DNA of 64,000 bases from Acidobacteriota bacterium (GCA_046757405.1 JBHHYE010000016.1:48-64047); one strand, 5' to 3'. Numbered from the stretch's first letter, positions 31,505 to 42,193 are shown. Numbers and translations: made by a program. The notes: generated from the letters alone by a model not told the origin.

Positions 31505-33067
31505 CTACCCTTCGACCGAGGCCAGATCGGATGGGGCCAGGGGTGCACGCACCTCCTCGGCCAGGACGCGGGCCTGGTCACGGAGGGTCGGGACCACCAC
31601 CTCCTGGGTGTAGGTGATGTAGTGGTGGCCGGCGGCTGCCTGGGCAATGGCGCGCCCCAGCTTGGCAGGATGATGGCGGATCACCCACTGCAGGAAGCTC
31701 CAGTAAGCCCCGCGGTATGGGCCCAGGAAGCCCTGCGTCTTCATGGCGCGCCACGCGGCCCGAAGATCCTGGACGAGCAGGCGCCGTGCGCCGCCCGGCA
31801 CCGGAGTCCACCTGGCCAGGTTACGGCGGCAGCGGCGGAAAAAGGCGTCCGGGTTGTACAGACTTTCCAGAACCCGGCGGTAGCCGGCCACCATCTGTTC
31901 GGCTGGCAGCCGCGTGATCACGTTGGTGAGCCCGAACTGGTCTCCCCTGAACTCGGGACGGAGCCGGCCTTCTTGCTTCAGGCGCTTGAACAGCGGCGTG
32001 TTCGGCAGCGCCCCCAGGATGCCGATCATGGCATAAGGAATGGCCGCCCGGTGGATGAACTCGATCATCCGGTCAAAGATATCCGGGCCGTCGTTGTCAA
32101 AGCCCAGGATGAAGCCGGCCCACACGTCCAGCCCCCTTCGCATGATGGAGTGCACCTGATCGGCCATATCCCGCTTCAGGTTCTGGATCTTGCGCGTCTC
32201 CTTGAGGGATTCCGGGGATGGGGTTTCGATGCCGATGAACACGGACGTGAAACCCGCCTCGGTCATCATGTCGACCAGGGGAAGATCATCGGCCAGATTG
32301 ATGGAGGCTTCGGTGTAAAATTCGAAGCGGCTGCCGTTTTGCTTGCGCCAGGCGGCGATCTCCGGGAGTACGGTCCGGACCGCCTTCTTGTTGCCGATAA
32401 AATTATCATCCACGAAGAAGATATCTCCGGCGAATCCGGTGCGGCGAATGGCTTCCAACTCGCTGACAATCTGGGGTCCCGTCTTGGTGCGGGGACGGCG
32501 GCCATACATGACGATGATGTCGCAAAACTCGCAGAGAAAGGGACAGCCGCGGGAGAATTGCAACGACATCTGATGGTAGGCACCGCTTCGCAACAGATCG
32601 TAGCGGGGAACGGGCGCGCAGGTCAGATCGGGCTTGTTCCCTTCATGGTAGACGCGAGAGGCGCGGCGAGCCGCCACGTCGGCGGCAAACCGGGGAATCG
32701 TCTCCTCGCCCTCGCCGAGAACCAGATGATCGGCATCATCCAGCTCCTGCGGCGAGGAGGTTGCATAAGGTCCACCCACCACCGTGCGGATGCCGAGACG
32801 GCGGCAGTTCTGGAGAATTTTCCTGATGGACGGCTTCTGCACCAGCATGCCCGTGATCATGGCGAGGTCCGCCCACTGAAGATGCTGGTCGGTGAGGGCC
32901 TCGACTTCCGTGTCGACCAGACGGATCTCCCAGTCCTGCGGGAGAAGAGCCGCAACCGTGATCAGGCCCAAGGGCGGCAGCAGACTATGCCGCCCTGCGA
33001 AGGGGAGAGCATGCCGGCCGCTCCAGTACGATTCGGGGAACTGTGGGTTGACGAGCAAGGCGCGCAT
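31505..33067 (-). CDS. B12-binding-domain radical SAM protein (DUF4070-type C-terminus)
   Basis: PPLGLITVAA, VVGGPY, SRGCPFLCEFC, FFVDDNFIGN, GFILGFDND. Confidence 0.92.
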   Translation of the reverse strand: MRALLVNPQFPESYWSGRHALPFAGRHSLLPPLGLITVAALLPQDWEIRLVDTEVEALTDQHLQWADLAMITGMLVQKPSIRKILQNCRRLGIRTVVGGPYATSSPQELDDADHLVLGEGEETIPRFAADVAARRASRVYHEGNKPDLTCAPVPRYDLLRSGAYHQMSLQFSRGCPFLCEFCDIIVMYGRRPRTKTGPQIVSELEAIRRTGFAGDIFFVDDNFIGNKKAVRTVLPEIAAWRKQNGSRFEFYTEASINLADDLPLVDMMTEAGFTSVFIGIETPSPESLKETRKIQNLKRDMADQVHSIMRRGLDVWAGFILGFDNDGPDIFDRMIEFIHRAAIPYAMIGILGALPNTPLFKRLKQEGRLRPEFRGDQFGLTNVITRLPAEQMVAGYRRVLESLYNPDAFFRRCRRNLARWTPVPGGARRLLVQDLRAAWRAMKTQGFLGPYRGAYWSFLQWVIRHHPAKLGRAIAQAAAGHHYITYTQEVVVPTLRDQARVLAEEVRAPLAPSDLASVEG

Positions 33068-33238
33068 CGGTCCTCCCTTCTCCCGGCAGGTACAGTGCCG
33101 GCGACATTGGTACCATGGAATTGCTTCCAGATCCATACCTGCCGGCGAGCCACGGCGGACCACGCCCTGGAGAGACCGTTCCCGGGACACGGTAGAATGG
33201 TCCCAAGGGGGCCAAGGAACGGCCCTGGGAGTGTGGCC

Positions 33239-33931
33239 ATGACCGGGATTCCGGGCGGCGGCAAGTCCCGCCGCGATCTCCTGCCGGTGCTCACCTCGCG
33301 GAGCGAGACCAGGGCCTTTTACAACAAGCTGAGCCGGGCCTATGACCTGCTGGCCGAGCATACCGAGGCGCCCGTACGGCGCGCCGGCCTGGAATTGCTG
33401 GCCGCGGCTCCCGGTGAGCGCATCCTGGAGATTGGCTGCGGAACCGGGCACTGCCTGGTGGATCTGGGCCGGGCAGTCGGTCGCGGAGGGACGGTCTGTG
33501 GGGTGGACCTGTCGGAGGGAATGCTGCGGGAGGCCGCCCGCCGGGTGGAGCGGGAAGGGCTCGCGGATCGGATCGGGTTGTGCCAGGGAGACGCGGTCGC
33601 TCTCCCGCAGCCGGAGGGTTCGATCGGTGCCATCTTCATGAGCTTCACGCTGGAGTTGTTTGACACGCCCGAGATCCCAGAGGTCCTGGCCGAGTGCAGA
33701 AGGGTTCTCCGCGACGGCGGCCGGATAGGCGTGGTCGGTCTGTCCAAGGAGGGCGCGCAGGGCCTTCTGATCCATGCGTTCGAGTGGACCCACCAGCACT
33801 TTCCCAATCTTTTTGATTGCCGCCCGATCTTTGTCAGGGAAGCACTGCAGGAAGCGGGTTTCCGGATCCGGAAGGTCCGGCACGAGCAGATGTGGGTCCC
33901 CGTGGAGATCGTTCTGGGGAAAAAAGGCTGA
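33239..33931 (+). CDS. Class I SAM-dependent methyltransferase (UbiE-like)
   Basis: ILEIGCGTG, GVDLSEGML, QGDA, ECRRVLRDGG. Confidence 0.88.
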   Translation: MTGIPGGGKSRRDLLPVLTSRSETRAFYNKLSRAYDLLAEHTEAPVRRAGLELLAAAPGERILEIGCGTGHCLVDLGRAVGRGGTVCGVDLSEGMLREAARRVEREGLADRIGLCQGDAVALPQPEGSIGAIFMSFTLELFDTPEIPEVLAECRRVLRDGGRIGVVGLSKEGAQGLLIHAFEWTHQHFPNLFDCRPIFVREALQEAGFRIRKVRHEQMWVPVEIVLGKKG

Positions 33932-34176
33932 TTCCGGGCGCCGGGCCCTTTCCTGCTTGACTGGGGACCCCCCGGCTGGTAAGTTAGCCTTGAACGAGAA
34001 GTTGTCCAACGTGTTGAAAAAGGCAAGGAAGGACCCCAAGACCTGCAAGAAGATGTAGGTCTATTTTTGTTTGAGGAAAGCCCTACGCGGGGGCAGTGGC
34101 CGCGATCAGAAACCAGGGAGTCGGTAGGTACGGCAGGGCCGGTCTCCGACGAACACCAGGAAGGAGTACACGGCGC

Positions 34177-34383
34177 ATGCGTATTACCGGCACCGTGAAG
34201 TGGTTCAACGACAGCAAGGGGTTCGGGTTCATCACCCGGGAGGATGGAGAGAAGGATGTCTTCGTCCACCACACGGCAATACAGTCCGATGGGTTCCGTT
34301 CGCTGTCAGAAGGTGATCGAGTCGAGTTTGAAGTGGTCGATGGCCAGAAGGGCCCGGCCGCCAAGGACGTGACCAAGGCCTGA
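34177..34383 (+). CDS. csp: Cold-shock protein
   Basis: [28 protein letters not shown]; AAGGAG RBS. Confidence 0.96.
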   Translation: MRITGTVKWFNDSKGFGFITREDGEKDVFVHHTAIQSDGFRSLSEGDRVEFEVVDGQKGPAAKDVTKA

Positions 34384-34412
34384 AGGCCCAGGTCAAAGGT
34401 TGCCTTTCAAGA

Positions 34413-34455
34413 AGGGGCTGCCGTCGGGAGACACCGGGGGCAGCCCCTGTTTTTT
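34413..34455 (+). terminator. Intrinsic terminator after csp
   Basis: AGGGGCTGCC/GGCAGCCCCT stem followed by GTTTTTT. Confidence 0.75.
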
Positions 34456-34643
34456 CGCCGCGCCGGTGGTTCGCTCGGAGGTTTGAGCCGTCACCGGTTG
34501 GCTGCCAGGCGGTGGACCGGTTGGTGAAACCCTGGCGTTTGCTGCGGGGACCCGGTGAGGCCCGGGCCTGACGGCGGCCGCCGTCTCTGTCACAATGCGG
34601 TCTCCAGATTGCTTCAGCCCCGGACGGTGCTTCGAGAGGAACG

Positions 34644-36902
34644 ATGATGATGCGCAGATATTTTCCCGTCCTGCTCTTCGTGCTGGTGGCCGTGACCGCC
34701 TGGCCACGGACGGGGGAGAGCTCTCTCGTCCCCCTGGCGGCCGGCACCCAGCAGCGCCGGCTCACCCTGGAGCAGGTGATCCCGGATCGGCCGGCCCTGG
34801 GTGCGGCCACTGACCTGCAATGGAGCCCTGATGGCCGGCGGCTGGGCTACCTTCTGGATGACGGAGAAACGCAAGAGCTGTGGTCCCTGGAGCCCGCCAA
34901 GGGCCGGCTCCGGTGTTTGCTCCGCACCGGGGATCCGCCGGCAGGCCGGTCCGGAGGCAAGCGGGAGACCATCTCGCACATGGATGCGTTCCACTGGTCG
35001 CCGGACGGGGACGCGGTGCTCCTGGAAGCCGCCGGCGACCTGCACCTCTTGCCTCTCGATGGACACGGTCCTTCCCGCCTGACTTCCACCGAGGAGACAG
35101 AGACCGATCCCAAGTTCGCCCCCGGAGGCGCCCGGGTGGCGTTCGTCCGCGGCCAGGATCTCCACCTCCTGGACCTGAAGACGGGCCGCGAACGGGTCCT
35201 GACCGCCGGCGGCGCACCCGGGACCATCCTCAACGGTCAGACCGATTGGGTTTACTGGGAGGAGATCTGGAACCGCCATGCGGCAGGATTCTGGTGGAGT
35301 CCCGATGGCGGGCGGATCGCTTACTATCGCTTTGACGAATCGCCGGTACCCGGTTACCCCCTTCTCGACGCCACACTGCTCGATCCGGAGGTCGACTGGC
35401 AGAAATACCCCAAGCCGGGCGAGGCCATTCCCCGGGTGAAGGTCGGCGTCCTGGACCTCTCCAGCGGACAGACCGTGTGGATGAGCACCGGCAGGGAGCA
35501 GGAATCGTACCTGGCGCGTGTGGCCTGGACGCCGGCGGGACAGCTCGCCGTCCAGCGCCTCAACCGTTCCCAGGATCGGCTGGATCTCCTGGTCTGCGAA
35601 CCCGCGACCGGCTACTGCCGGCGCCTGCTGACCGAGAAGGCGCGCTCCTGGATCAACCTGCGCAGCGATCTGACCTTCCTGGCGGATGGCCGATTTCTCT
35701 GGGCCTCCGAGCGGGACGGATGGTGGCGCATCTTTCTCTACGACGCCCAGGGGGCCTTGCAGGGGCCGGTGACCCCCGCCGGGTGGTCGGTGACCTCGCT
35801 GGATGGCGTCGACCAGGTGGGAGGCTGGATCACGTGCACCGCCTTCCACACCGAACCCTGGGGGGCGACCGACCGGCAGGTCTTGCGGGTTCGCCTGGAG
35901 GCGAAGGGGGAACAGCCCCGTGTCGAGGTGTACACCACCCGCGATGGGTGGAACACGGCTCTGGTGGCGCCGGAAACCGGTTACTGGGTCCATACCTGGA
36001 GCGATGCCGACACCCCTCCGGTGCGTGAGGTCCGCGGACCCGGCCTGGCCCGGCCGTGGCCGCTCCCCTCGGCGCCGCGTCCGGAAGGTGATCCCGCCGA
36101 CCTCCCGCAGTGGGAGTTCTTGACCATCCAGGGCCGCGGAGGAACGATGCTGCCGGCCCGCATCCTGCGGCCGGGGGAGGTGAGACCCGGACGGCGCTAC
36201 CCGGTGATCATGTATCACTACGGCTGCCCGGCCTCGCAAGTCGTGATGAACCGCTGGGACGCGCGCGGCCGGGATCTCTGGCACAAGATGATGGCCCAGC
36301 GCGGTTTCGGGATCCTCATCGTTGATAACGAGACGTCGATCTTTTTCGGCAGGAAGGGTGAAGGGCGGGCGGATCGGCGCTTCGGCGAGTTGAATCTGGC
36401 CGCCCAGATGGCGGGAGTGGCCTACCTGAACACCCTTTCCTGGGTGGACCCGGAGCGGATTGGCTTGTGGGGATGGTCGGGAGGGGGATCCAACACTCTC
36501 TACAGTCTCCTCAACCGGCCCGGTGTCTGGAGGGCCGGCGTGGCCGGCGCCCCGGTGACGGACTGGCGTTTCTACGATGCCATCTGGACCGAACGTTACC
36601 TGGACCGCCCCGGGGACAATCCCGATGGATACCGTGATTCTTCTCCGATCACCTACGCCGGGCAACTGGCCGATGCCCTTCTGATCGTGCACGGAACCGC
36701 CGATGACAACGTGCATCCCCAGAACACCTTGGCCTTCATAGACCAGCTCGTGCAGGCCGGGTTGCCCTTCGAGGACGCCATCTATCCCCGCCAGAAGCAC
36801 GGCTTCCGGGGGCCTTCGGTCCGGCACTTCTTCGCCCGCATGACCGAGTTCTTCCAGCGTCATCTCCAGGGCGGCGAGACGGTCGAGAACGGAGGCCGTT
36901 GA
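34644..36902 (+). CDS. Dipeptidyl-peptidase IV (S9B) family
   Basis: DWVYWEEI, YPKPG, GWSGGG, HGTADDNVH, catalytic His in KHGF. Confidence 0.93.
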   Translation: MMMRRYFPVLLFVLVAVTAWPRTGESSLVPLAAGTQQRRLTLEQVIPDRPALGAATDLQWSPDGRRLGYLLDDGETQELWSLEPAKGRLRCLLRTGDPPAGRSGGKRETISHMDAFHWSPDGDAVLLEAAGDLHLLPLDGHGPSRLTSTEETETDPKFAPGGARVAFVRGQDLHLLDLKTGRERVLTAGGAPGTILNGQTDWVYWEEIWNRHAAGFWWSPDGGRIAYYRFDESPVPGYPLLDATLLDPEVDWQKYPKPGEAIPRVKVGVLDLSSGQTVWMSTGREQESYLARVAWTPAGQLAVQRLNRSQDRLDLLVCEPATGYCRRLLTEKARSWINLRSDLTFLADGRFLWASERDGWWRIFLYDAQGALQGPVTPAGWSVTSLDGVDQVGGWITCTAFHTEPWGATDRQVLRVRLEAKGEQPRVEVYTTRDGWNTALVAPETGYWVHTWSDADTPPVREVRGPGLARPWPLPSAPRPEGDPADLPQWEFLTIQGRGGTMLPARILRPGEVRPGRRYPVIMYHYGCPASQVVMNRWDARGRDLWHKMMAQRGFGILIVDNETSIFFGRKGEGRADRRFGELNLAAQMAGVAYLNTLSWVDPERIGLWGWSGGGSNTLYSLLNRPGVWRAGVAGAPVTDWRFYDAIWTERYLDRPGDNPDGYRDSSPITYAGQLADALLIVHGTADDNVHPQNTLAFIDQLVQAGLPFEDAIYPRQKHGFRGPSVRHFFARMTEFFQRHLQGGETVENGGR

Positions 36903-36978
36903 ACCCGGCCTGAGAGGCGCCTGGATCACGGGCCGGGAATGTTCCCCGGCCGCGAGTCGTTTTGAGTCCCGAGGCCAG

Positions 36979-37581
36979 ATGCCTGTGCGTCGCGCCGTGC
37001 AGAAAGTTATGGTGATCTTCCTGTCGGCGTCTCTCCTGCCGGCCGTGGGAGGGGCGGCGTCGGATCCCGGTCGGCGGTCCCGGCGCGGCTCTCCGGCTCC
37101 ACCGGCACCGGAGTGGGCCATTGCCGCCTGGCTCAACGGAGATCCCGGCAGCCTGGGCCAACAGCGCGGCCGCGTCGTGCTGATCGATTTTTTCCAGCTC
37201 TGGTGTCCGGGTTGCAACGCCTTCTCCGTTCCGCTCTTCCAGCGCTGGGAAAAGAAATATGCTCATCGCGCCGATGTGCTGGTGGTATCTATCCACACGG
37301 TCTTCGAGGGTCATTCGTATCAGACGGAGGACCGTCTCCGGCAGTACCTCCGGGAGAAGGAGATCCACCATCCGGTGGGAATCGATGCGTACGCTCATCC
37401 CGGCGACGCCATCCCCATCACCATGAGACGGTACCGGACCGGTGGGACGCCGCGGGTGGTGATCGTGGGGAAGCAGGGGCGGATCCGCTTCAGCCATCTG
37501 GGCAGGTTTCCCACCGCACCGGTGGAAGAGCTCATCGAACGCCTCCTGCAGGAGGAGGCGCCCGGATCGGCCGGCCGCTGA
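36979..37581 (+). CDS. Secreted TlpA-like thiol-disulfide oxidoreductase
   Basis: GRVVLIDFFQLWCPGC, IHTVFE, GTP cis-Pro. Confidence 0.85.
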   Translation: MPVRRAVQKVMVIFLSASLLPAVGGAASDPGRRSRRGSPAPPAPEWAIAAWLNGDPGSLGQQRGRVVLIDFFQLWCPGCNAFSVPLFQRWEKKYAHRADVLVVSIHTVFEGHSYQTEDRLRQYLREKEIHHPVGIDAYAHPGDAIPITMRRYRTGGTPRVVIVGKQGRIRFSHLGRFPTAPVEELIERLLQEEAPGSAGR

Positions 37582-37704
37582 TCCCGGTGAATCCGTCCCC
37601 CGCCTGAGGTGTTGCCGGGGCTCTGCCGCCTGGTTTTTCTCTCCGGCCCGCGGGTATGGCACAATTCCGGGTGGACGCAAGGAGGCGGTCGGGTGGGACC
37701 GAGG

Positions 37705-38127
37705 ATGAAATCGATGCCCCTCGTGCGATCGGTGATGACGCCGTTTCCTTACTCGGTGGGGATCCACGAGCCGGTGAGCAAGGCCAGGGAGATGATGGAG
37801 CGTCACGGCATTTGCCATCTTCCGGTCATGGATGACGGCCGGCTGGTGAGCGTGATTTCGGACCGGGACGTCAGCCTGGCATTGAACCTGCCTCCGGAAA
37901 TCCAGATGCTGGTCCAGGATCTCTGTCCGCCGGAGGCCTACGTCGTGGATGTCACGGCGCGGCTGGACAGGGTGCTCCTGGGGATGGCGGAACGTCATTC
38001 GGAATCGGCCCTGGTGGTCAAGGCTGGCCGGCTGGCCGGTATCTTCACCGTGACCGATGCTTGCCGGTGCTACGGCGAGTTCCTGCGCTCGCTGTTTCCC
38101 CCGGACGACGGTGGTCAGGTCGCCTGA
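37705..38127 (+). CDS. CBS-domain protein
   Basis: VMTPFP, HLPVMDDGRLV, GIFTVTD. Confidence 0.85.
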   Translation: MKSMPLVRSVMTPFPYSVGIHEPVSKAREMMERHGICHLPVMDDGRLVSVISDRDVSLALNLPPEIQMLVQDLCPPEAYVVDVTARLDRVLLGMAERHSESALVVKAGRLAGIFTVTDACRCYGEFLRSLFPPDDGGQVA

Positions 38128-38531
38128 TCGGAGGCCAGGAGGCGGACGAAATCCGCCTCGGTGAGGATGCCGACGAGTTTGCCCTCCTCGGTCACCGGCA
38201 GGCACCCGAACTTGTTCTCCAGCATGATCTGGCCGGCGGCCTCGATACGGGTTGTGGGACGGACACTTTCCACTCCCCGGGTCATGAACAGCTCGACCCG
38301 GTACTGTTCCAGGTCGCTCTCGCCGAAGGTGGAGATTTCTCCGTCCTCCGTCTCCCGGGCCCGCCGGAGGAGGTCGCGGTGGGACACCAGGCCAATGAGC
38401 GTGCCGTCCGGATTCACCACCGGAATGTGCCGGACACGATGCTCCTCCATCAGATCACGAACTTTGAAGATGACATCACCGGCTTCCACCGAGAACACCG
38501 TCGAGGTCATCACCTCCGCCACGGTGGTCAC
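38115..38531 (-). CDS. CBS-domain protein
   Basis: VRHIPVV, GLVSHRD, GCLPV, GILTEADF. Confidence 0.88.
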   Translation of the reverse strand: MTTVAEVMTSTVFSVEAGDVIFKVRDLMEEHRVRHIPVVNPDGTLIGLVSHRDLLRRARETEDGEISTFGESDLEQYRVELFMTRGVESVRPTTRIEAAGQIMLENKFGCLPVTEEGKLVGILTEADFVRLLASDQAT

Positions 38532-38567
38532 GCCACATCCTCTTCCATGAGTGTTTCCCTCCGGGGC

Positions 38568-38996
38568 TCACGGCCGGCGGGTGAGCCCCCGGGTGACGGC
38601 GCGGACAAAATCCGCTTCAGTCAGGATACCGATCAGATGGTTTCCCTCCACCACCGGCAGACATCCGTACTTGTACTCGAGCATGACCTGGGCCGCTTCC
38701 CTGAGATCGGTATCGGCCTCGACACTCTCCACGTTGAAGATCATGACATCACCCACGGTCAGGGCCTCCAGATCCGCCTCCTGGTTCTCCGAGGACCCGG
38801 GCTCCTGCTCGATGAGTGCGTAGCCAAGCATATCGCGGTGTGAAACCAGGCCGATCAGATCTCCTTCCGCGTCCACCACCGGCACATGGCGGACGTGATG
38901 CTCGTACATGGTATCCCGCACCGCGACCAGGCTGTCATCCGGTCGGAGGGCGAAGACCACGGTGGTCATCAGGTCCGCGACGGTACGTGGATTCAC
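38568..38996 (-). CDS. CBS-domain protein (tandem paralog)
   Basis: VRHVPVV, GLVSHRD, GCLPVV, GILTEADF. Confidence 0.88.
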   Translation of the reverse strand: MNPRTVADLMTTVVFALRPDDSLVAVRDTMYEHHVRHVPVVDAEGDLIGLVSHRDMLGYALIEQEPGSSENQEADLEALTVGDVMIFNVESVEADTDLREAAQVMLEYKYGCLPVVEGNHLIGILTEADFVRAVTRGLTRRP

Positions 38997-39138
38997 GATG
39001 GACTCCCCGGCACCTCTCGATTGAAGGAGAGTGTAACAGCCGGATTGCGCCAGGTGGCCGGCGCTCGCCGGTTGCCTTTTGCCAGGGGGAGTGAGAGGAT
39101 AGCCGCCGGGGTTGATGTGACCCCGGGAGGAGGACGGG

Positions 39139-39639
39139 ATGAACAGCGTGAGACTCTGTGGCGGCACAGCGCGGTTCGGGGCCATGGTCCTCGCGGTCGC
39201 CGCCACCCCCTGGATCCTGGCCAGCTGCCAGGATCAAGGCACCGGAGGAACCGCCGAGGCGGCCGCCCCCACGCAGACGGCGCCCTCGGGAGATGGCTCC
39301 GGCGCCGGTGAATCGGGACTGGAAACGTATGTGGTGCGGGGCGAGGTCGTGGAACTTCCCCACCCCGGCGATCCGTCCAGCGAGTTCGTCATGCATCACG
39401 AGCCCATTGACAATTTCAAGGGCATTGACGGCCAGGTTTGGGGAATGGACTCCATGACCATGCCGTTCACCGTGAGCGAGGACCTGTCCCTGGAGGAGAT
39501 CCAGGTGGGCGACAAGGTGGAATTCACTCTCCAGGTCGACTGGGCCGGTTCGCCGCCGCAGGAGGTCACCCGGATTCACAAGCTGCCCGCTGACGTGAAA
39601 CTGGTCTTCCGGAAGGCGCGCCCGCCTCTGGCCCGGTGA
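39139..39639 (+). CDS. CusF-like copper/silver-binding lipoprotein
   Basis: Lipobox LASC; HHEPI...MDSMTMPF...VGDKVEFTL. Confidence 0.8.
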   Translation: MNSVRLCGGTARFGAMVLAVAATPWILASCQDQGTGGTAEAAAPTQTAPSGDGSGAGESGLETYVVRGEVVELPHPGDPSSEFVMHHEPIDNFKGIDGQVWGMDSMTMPFTVSEDLSLEEIQVGDKVEFTLQVDWAGSPPQEVTRIHKLPADVKLVFRKARPPLAR

Positions 39640-40958
39640 GGATGCAGCTTCCAGCCGGGCGGTGCTGGAGACGGGCCGTCCTGCTGGCGGCGGCCGCTCT
39701 GTGGGCTCCGGGAGCCGCCGGCGCGCAGGGTGGCGAGGCCGCTACTGTGGGGTCTGCGCGCCTTCTTCTCACCGGCGCGCGGGTCTTGAACTCCAACGGC
39801 ACCGGCTGGCTCACCGGGCGGGCCGTCCTGGTGGCGGATGGGCGCATCCAGAAGATCGCCGCTGCCGCGGAGATGGACGTTCCCCGCAATGCGGAGCGCG
39901 TGGCTCTGGATGGCCTGTATCTCGTCCCCGGTCTCATCGATCTTCATTCCCATCTTCTTCTCCACCCCTACGATGAGGCCTCCTGGAACGATCAGGTCCT
40001 CCGGGAGTCGCTTGAGCTGCGCACCCTCCGCGGGGGCGTGGCCGCGGCAAAAACCTTGAAGGCGGGCTTCACCACCCTGCGTGATCTGGGCACCGAGGGA
40101 GCCGGCTACGCCGATGTGGCCCTCCGAGACGCCATCGCCTCGGGCCTCATCCCCGGCCCCCGGATCGTGGCCGTGACCCGCGCCATCGTCGCGGTGGGGG
40201 CTTACGGCCCGTTCGGGTTCGACCCGCGCTGGCGTCTTCCCAAGGGAGCGCAGGAAGCCAATGGAGTGGATGGCGTGCGCCGCGCCGTGCGCGAGCAGAT
40301 TGCAGCCGGCGCCGACTGGATCAAGGTCTATGCCGATTACCGCCGCCGCCCGGACGCCAGGGCCACGCCCACCTTTTCCCAGGAGGAACTGGACGCCTTG
40401 GTGGAGGAAGCCCGGTCGGCGGGGCGGCCGGTGGCGGCCCATGCCTCCACCGATGCGGGCATCCGGCGCGCCGTGCAGGCGGGTGTCCGCACCATCGAGC
40501 ACGGCACCGGCGCCACCTCCGCCACGCTGGATTTGATGCGGGCTCGCCACGTGGTGCTCTGTCCGACCCTGGCGGCCTCGGAGGCGGTGGCGAGGTATCG
40601 GGGCTGGAAACCCGGCACGCCGGAACCGGAGGAACTCCTGGAGGTCCGGGCAATGTTCACCCGGGCTCTCCGCTCGGGGGCCACCATCGCCTGCGGCAGC
40701 GATGCCGGCGTGTTCCCCCATGGCGAGAATGTGCGGGAACTGGAGCTGATGGTCGCCTACGGCATGCCGCCGCCTTTGGCGCTGGCGGCGGCGACCTCCG
40801 TCGCGGCGGCGGTCCTGGGGCGGGCGGAGGAGCTCGGCCGCATCGCGGAAGGGTATCTGGCCGATCTGGTGGCCGTGCGCGGCGATCCTCTCCAGGATCC
40901 CTCGGCGCTCCGGAACCCCGAGGTGGTCCTCAAGGAAGGGCGGCCGGTTGACTTCTAG
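39636..40958 (+). CDS. Amidohydrolase (Xaa-Pro dipeptidase-like)
   Basis: PGLIDLHSH, GFTTLRDLG, ADWIK, AAHA, TIEHG, GSDAG. Confidence 0.9.
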   Translation: MRMQLPAGRCWRRAVLLAAAALWAPGAAGAQGGEAATVGSARLLLTGARVLNSNGTGWLTGRAVLVADGRIQKIAAAAEMDVPRNAERVALDGLYLVPGLIDLHSHLLLHPYDEASWNDQVLRESLELRTLRGGVAAAKTLKAGFTTLRDLGTEGAGYADVALRDAIASGLIPGPRIVAVTRAIVAVGAYGPFGFDPRWRLPKGAQEANGVDGVRRAVREQIAAGADWIKVYADYRRRPDARATPTFSQEELDALVEEARSAGRPVAAHASTDAGIRRAVQAGVRTIEHGTGATSATLDLMRARHVVLCPTLAASEAVARYRGWKPGTPEPEELLEVRAMFTRALRSGATIACGSDAGVFPHGENVRELELMVAYGMPPPLALAAATSVAAAVLGRAEELGRIAEGYLADLVAVRGDPLQDPSALRNPEVVLKEGRPVDF

Positions 40959-41042
40959 AGGAGTGCCGGCGTAGGCTCCGCTGGGCTCGGAAGCCCCCCC
41001 CCCGCCGCGCCGCGCCTTGACTGTGTCAGGGAGTCCGAATTC

Positions 41043-42193
41043 ATGCGAACCCGCACTGCACTCGCTGTTGCCGCCCTGTTCCTGGGTTTCTCCGTGTGGG
41101 GCGCGGCCGCGGTTCCGGAGAAGGTCGATCTGGACGTGGTCCACCGGATCAAGGACCAGGCTTTCCATCATTCGCAGGTCATGGACCAGATGTTTCATCT
41201 CACCGATCGGAACGGGCCGCGCCTCACGGCGTCACCGGGCTTCCAGACAGCGGCGGAATGGGCGGTGCGCACCCTCAAGGGCTGGGGTCTGGAAAAGGTC
41301 CGCCTGGAAACGTGGGGGCCGTTCGGCCGTGAATGGTTTCTGAAACGATTCTCGCTGCACCTCCGCCAGCCGGTCTATGCGCCCCTGCCCGGGATCCCCC
41401 TGGCCTGGACCTCCGGGACCGGCGGACCGGTCATGGCCGAGCTGATTGCGGCGCCTCTCTTCAGCACCGAGGCGGAGAGAGAGGAGACCTGTGGGACCTG
41501 GAGAAGCTGGAAGACCACTACCGGGCGTATGCCGAGCGGTACCGGAACCTCCTCAATGCGTTCCTGCGGGAGGAGGGGGTCGTGGCCGTGCTCACCACCG
41601 ACAACGGCGCGGGCAGCGCCGTCGTCCCGGAGGCCATCCGGATCCTCAAGGAACTGGATCTCCGGATGGACCGAACGGTCCGTCTGGCCCTGTGGAGTGG
41701 AGAAGAGCAGGGACTGCTGGGCTCGAGGGGTTACGTGCGCGCGCATTTCGGCAACCCTCTCACCCTGGAGGTCACTCCGGAACACGGCCAGCTCTCCGGC
41801 TACTTCAATCTGGACAACGGGAGCGCCAAGATCCGCGGAGTCTATCTGCAAGGGAACGACCGGATGCGTCCCGTCTTCAAAGCCCGGCTGGTGCCGTTCA
41901 AGGATCTGGGGGCGGCGACCGTCACCATCCGGAACACCGGCGGCACGGACCATCTCTCCTTCGATGCCGTGGGTCTGCCGGGCTTCCAGTTCATCCAGGA
42001 TCCCCTGGACTACTCCAGCCGCACCCACCATTCGAACATGGATGTAGCGGACCACGTGCGGGCCTCGGACCTCATGCAGGCCTCGGCCGTCATGGCGTCC
42101 GTGGTTTACCATGCCGCCGCCCGGCGTGACATGTTGCCGCGCAAGCCGCTCCCGGAACCTCTTCCCCGGGAGTTCGTCCCGGCGACGGACTGA
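41043..42193 (+). pseudogene. M28-family peptidase with a frameshift (~41485) and internal deletions
   Basis: N-terminal GPRLTASP and C-terminal [30 protein letters not shown] present; first Zn-ligand segment (AHxD) and most of the insert domain not found. Confidence 0.75.

Noticed and set aside
33068-33238. Cobalamin riboswitch before the B12 radical SAM gene
   Set aside because: No B12-box or conserved core seen; short divergent promoter region
31232-34048. Apparent giant overlapping ORFs (899 aa plus, 847 aa minus)
   Set aside because: These are two divergent genes (radical SAM from 33067, methyltransferase from 33239) whose frames happen to stay open upstream
36979-37581. Additional selenoprotein among the other redox genes (TlpA-like, DsrE-like, rhodanese)
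   Set aside because: Their active-site positions are ordinary Cys codons
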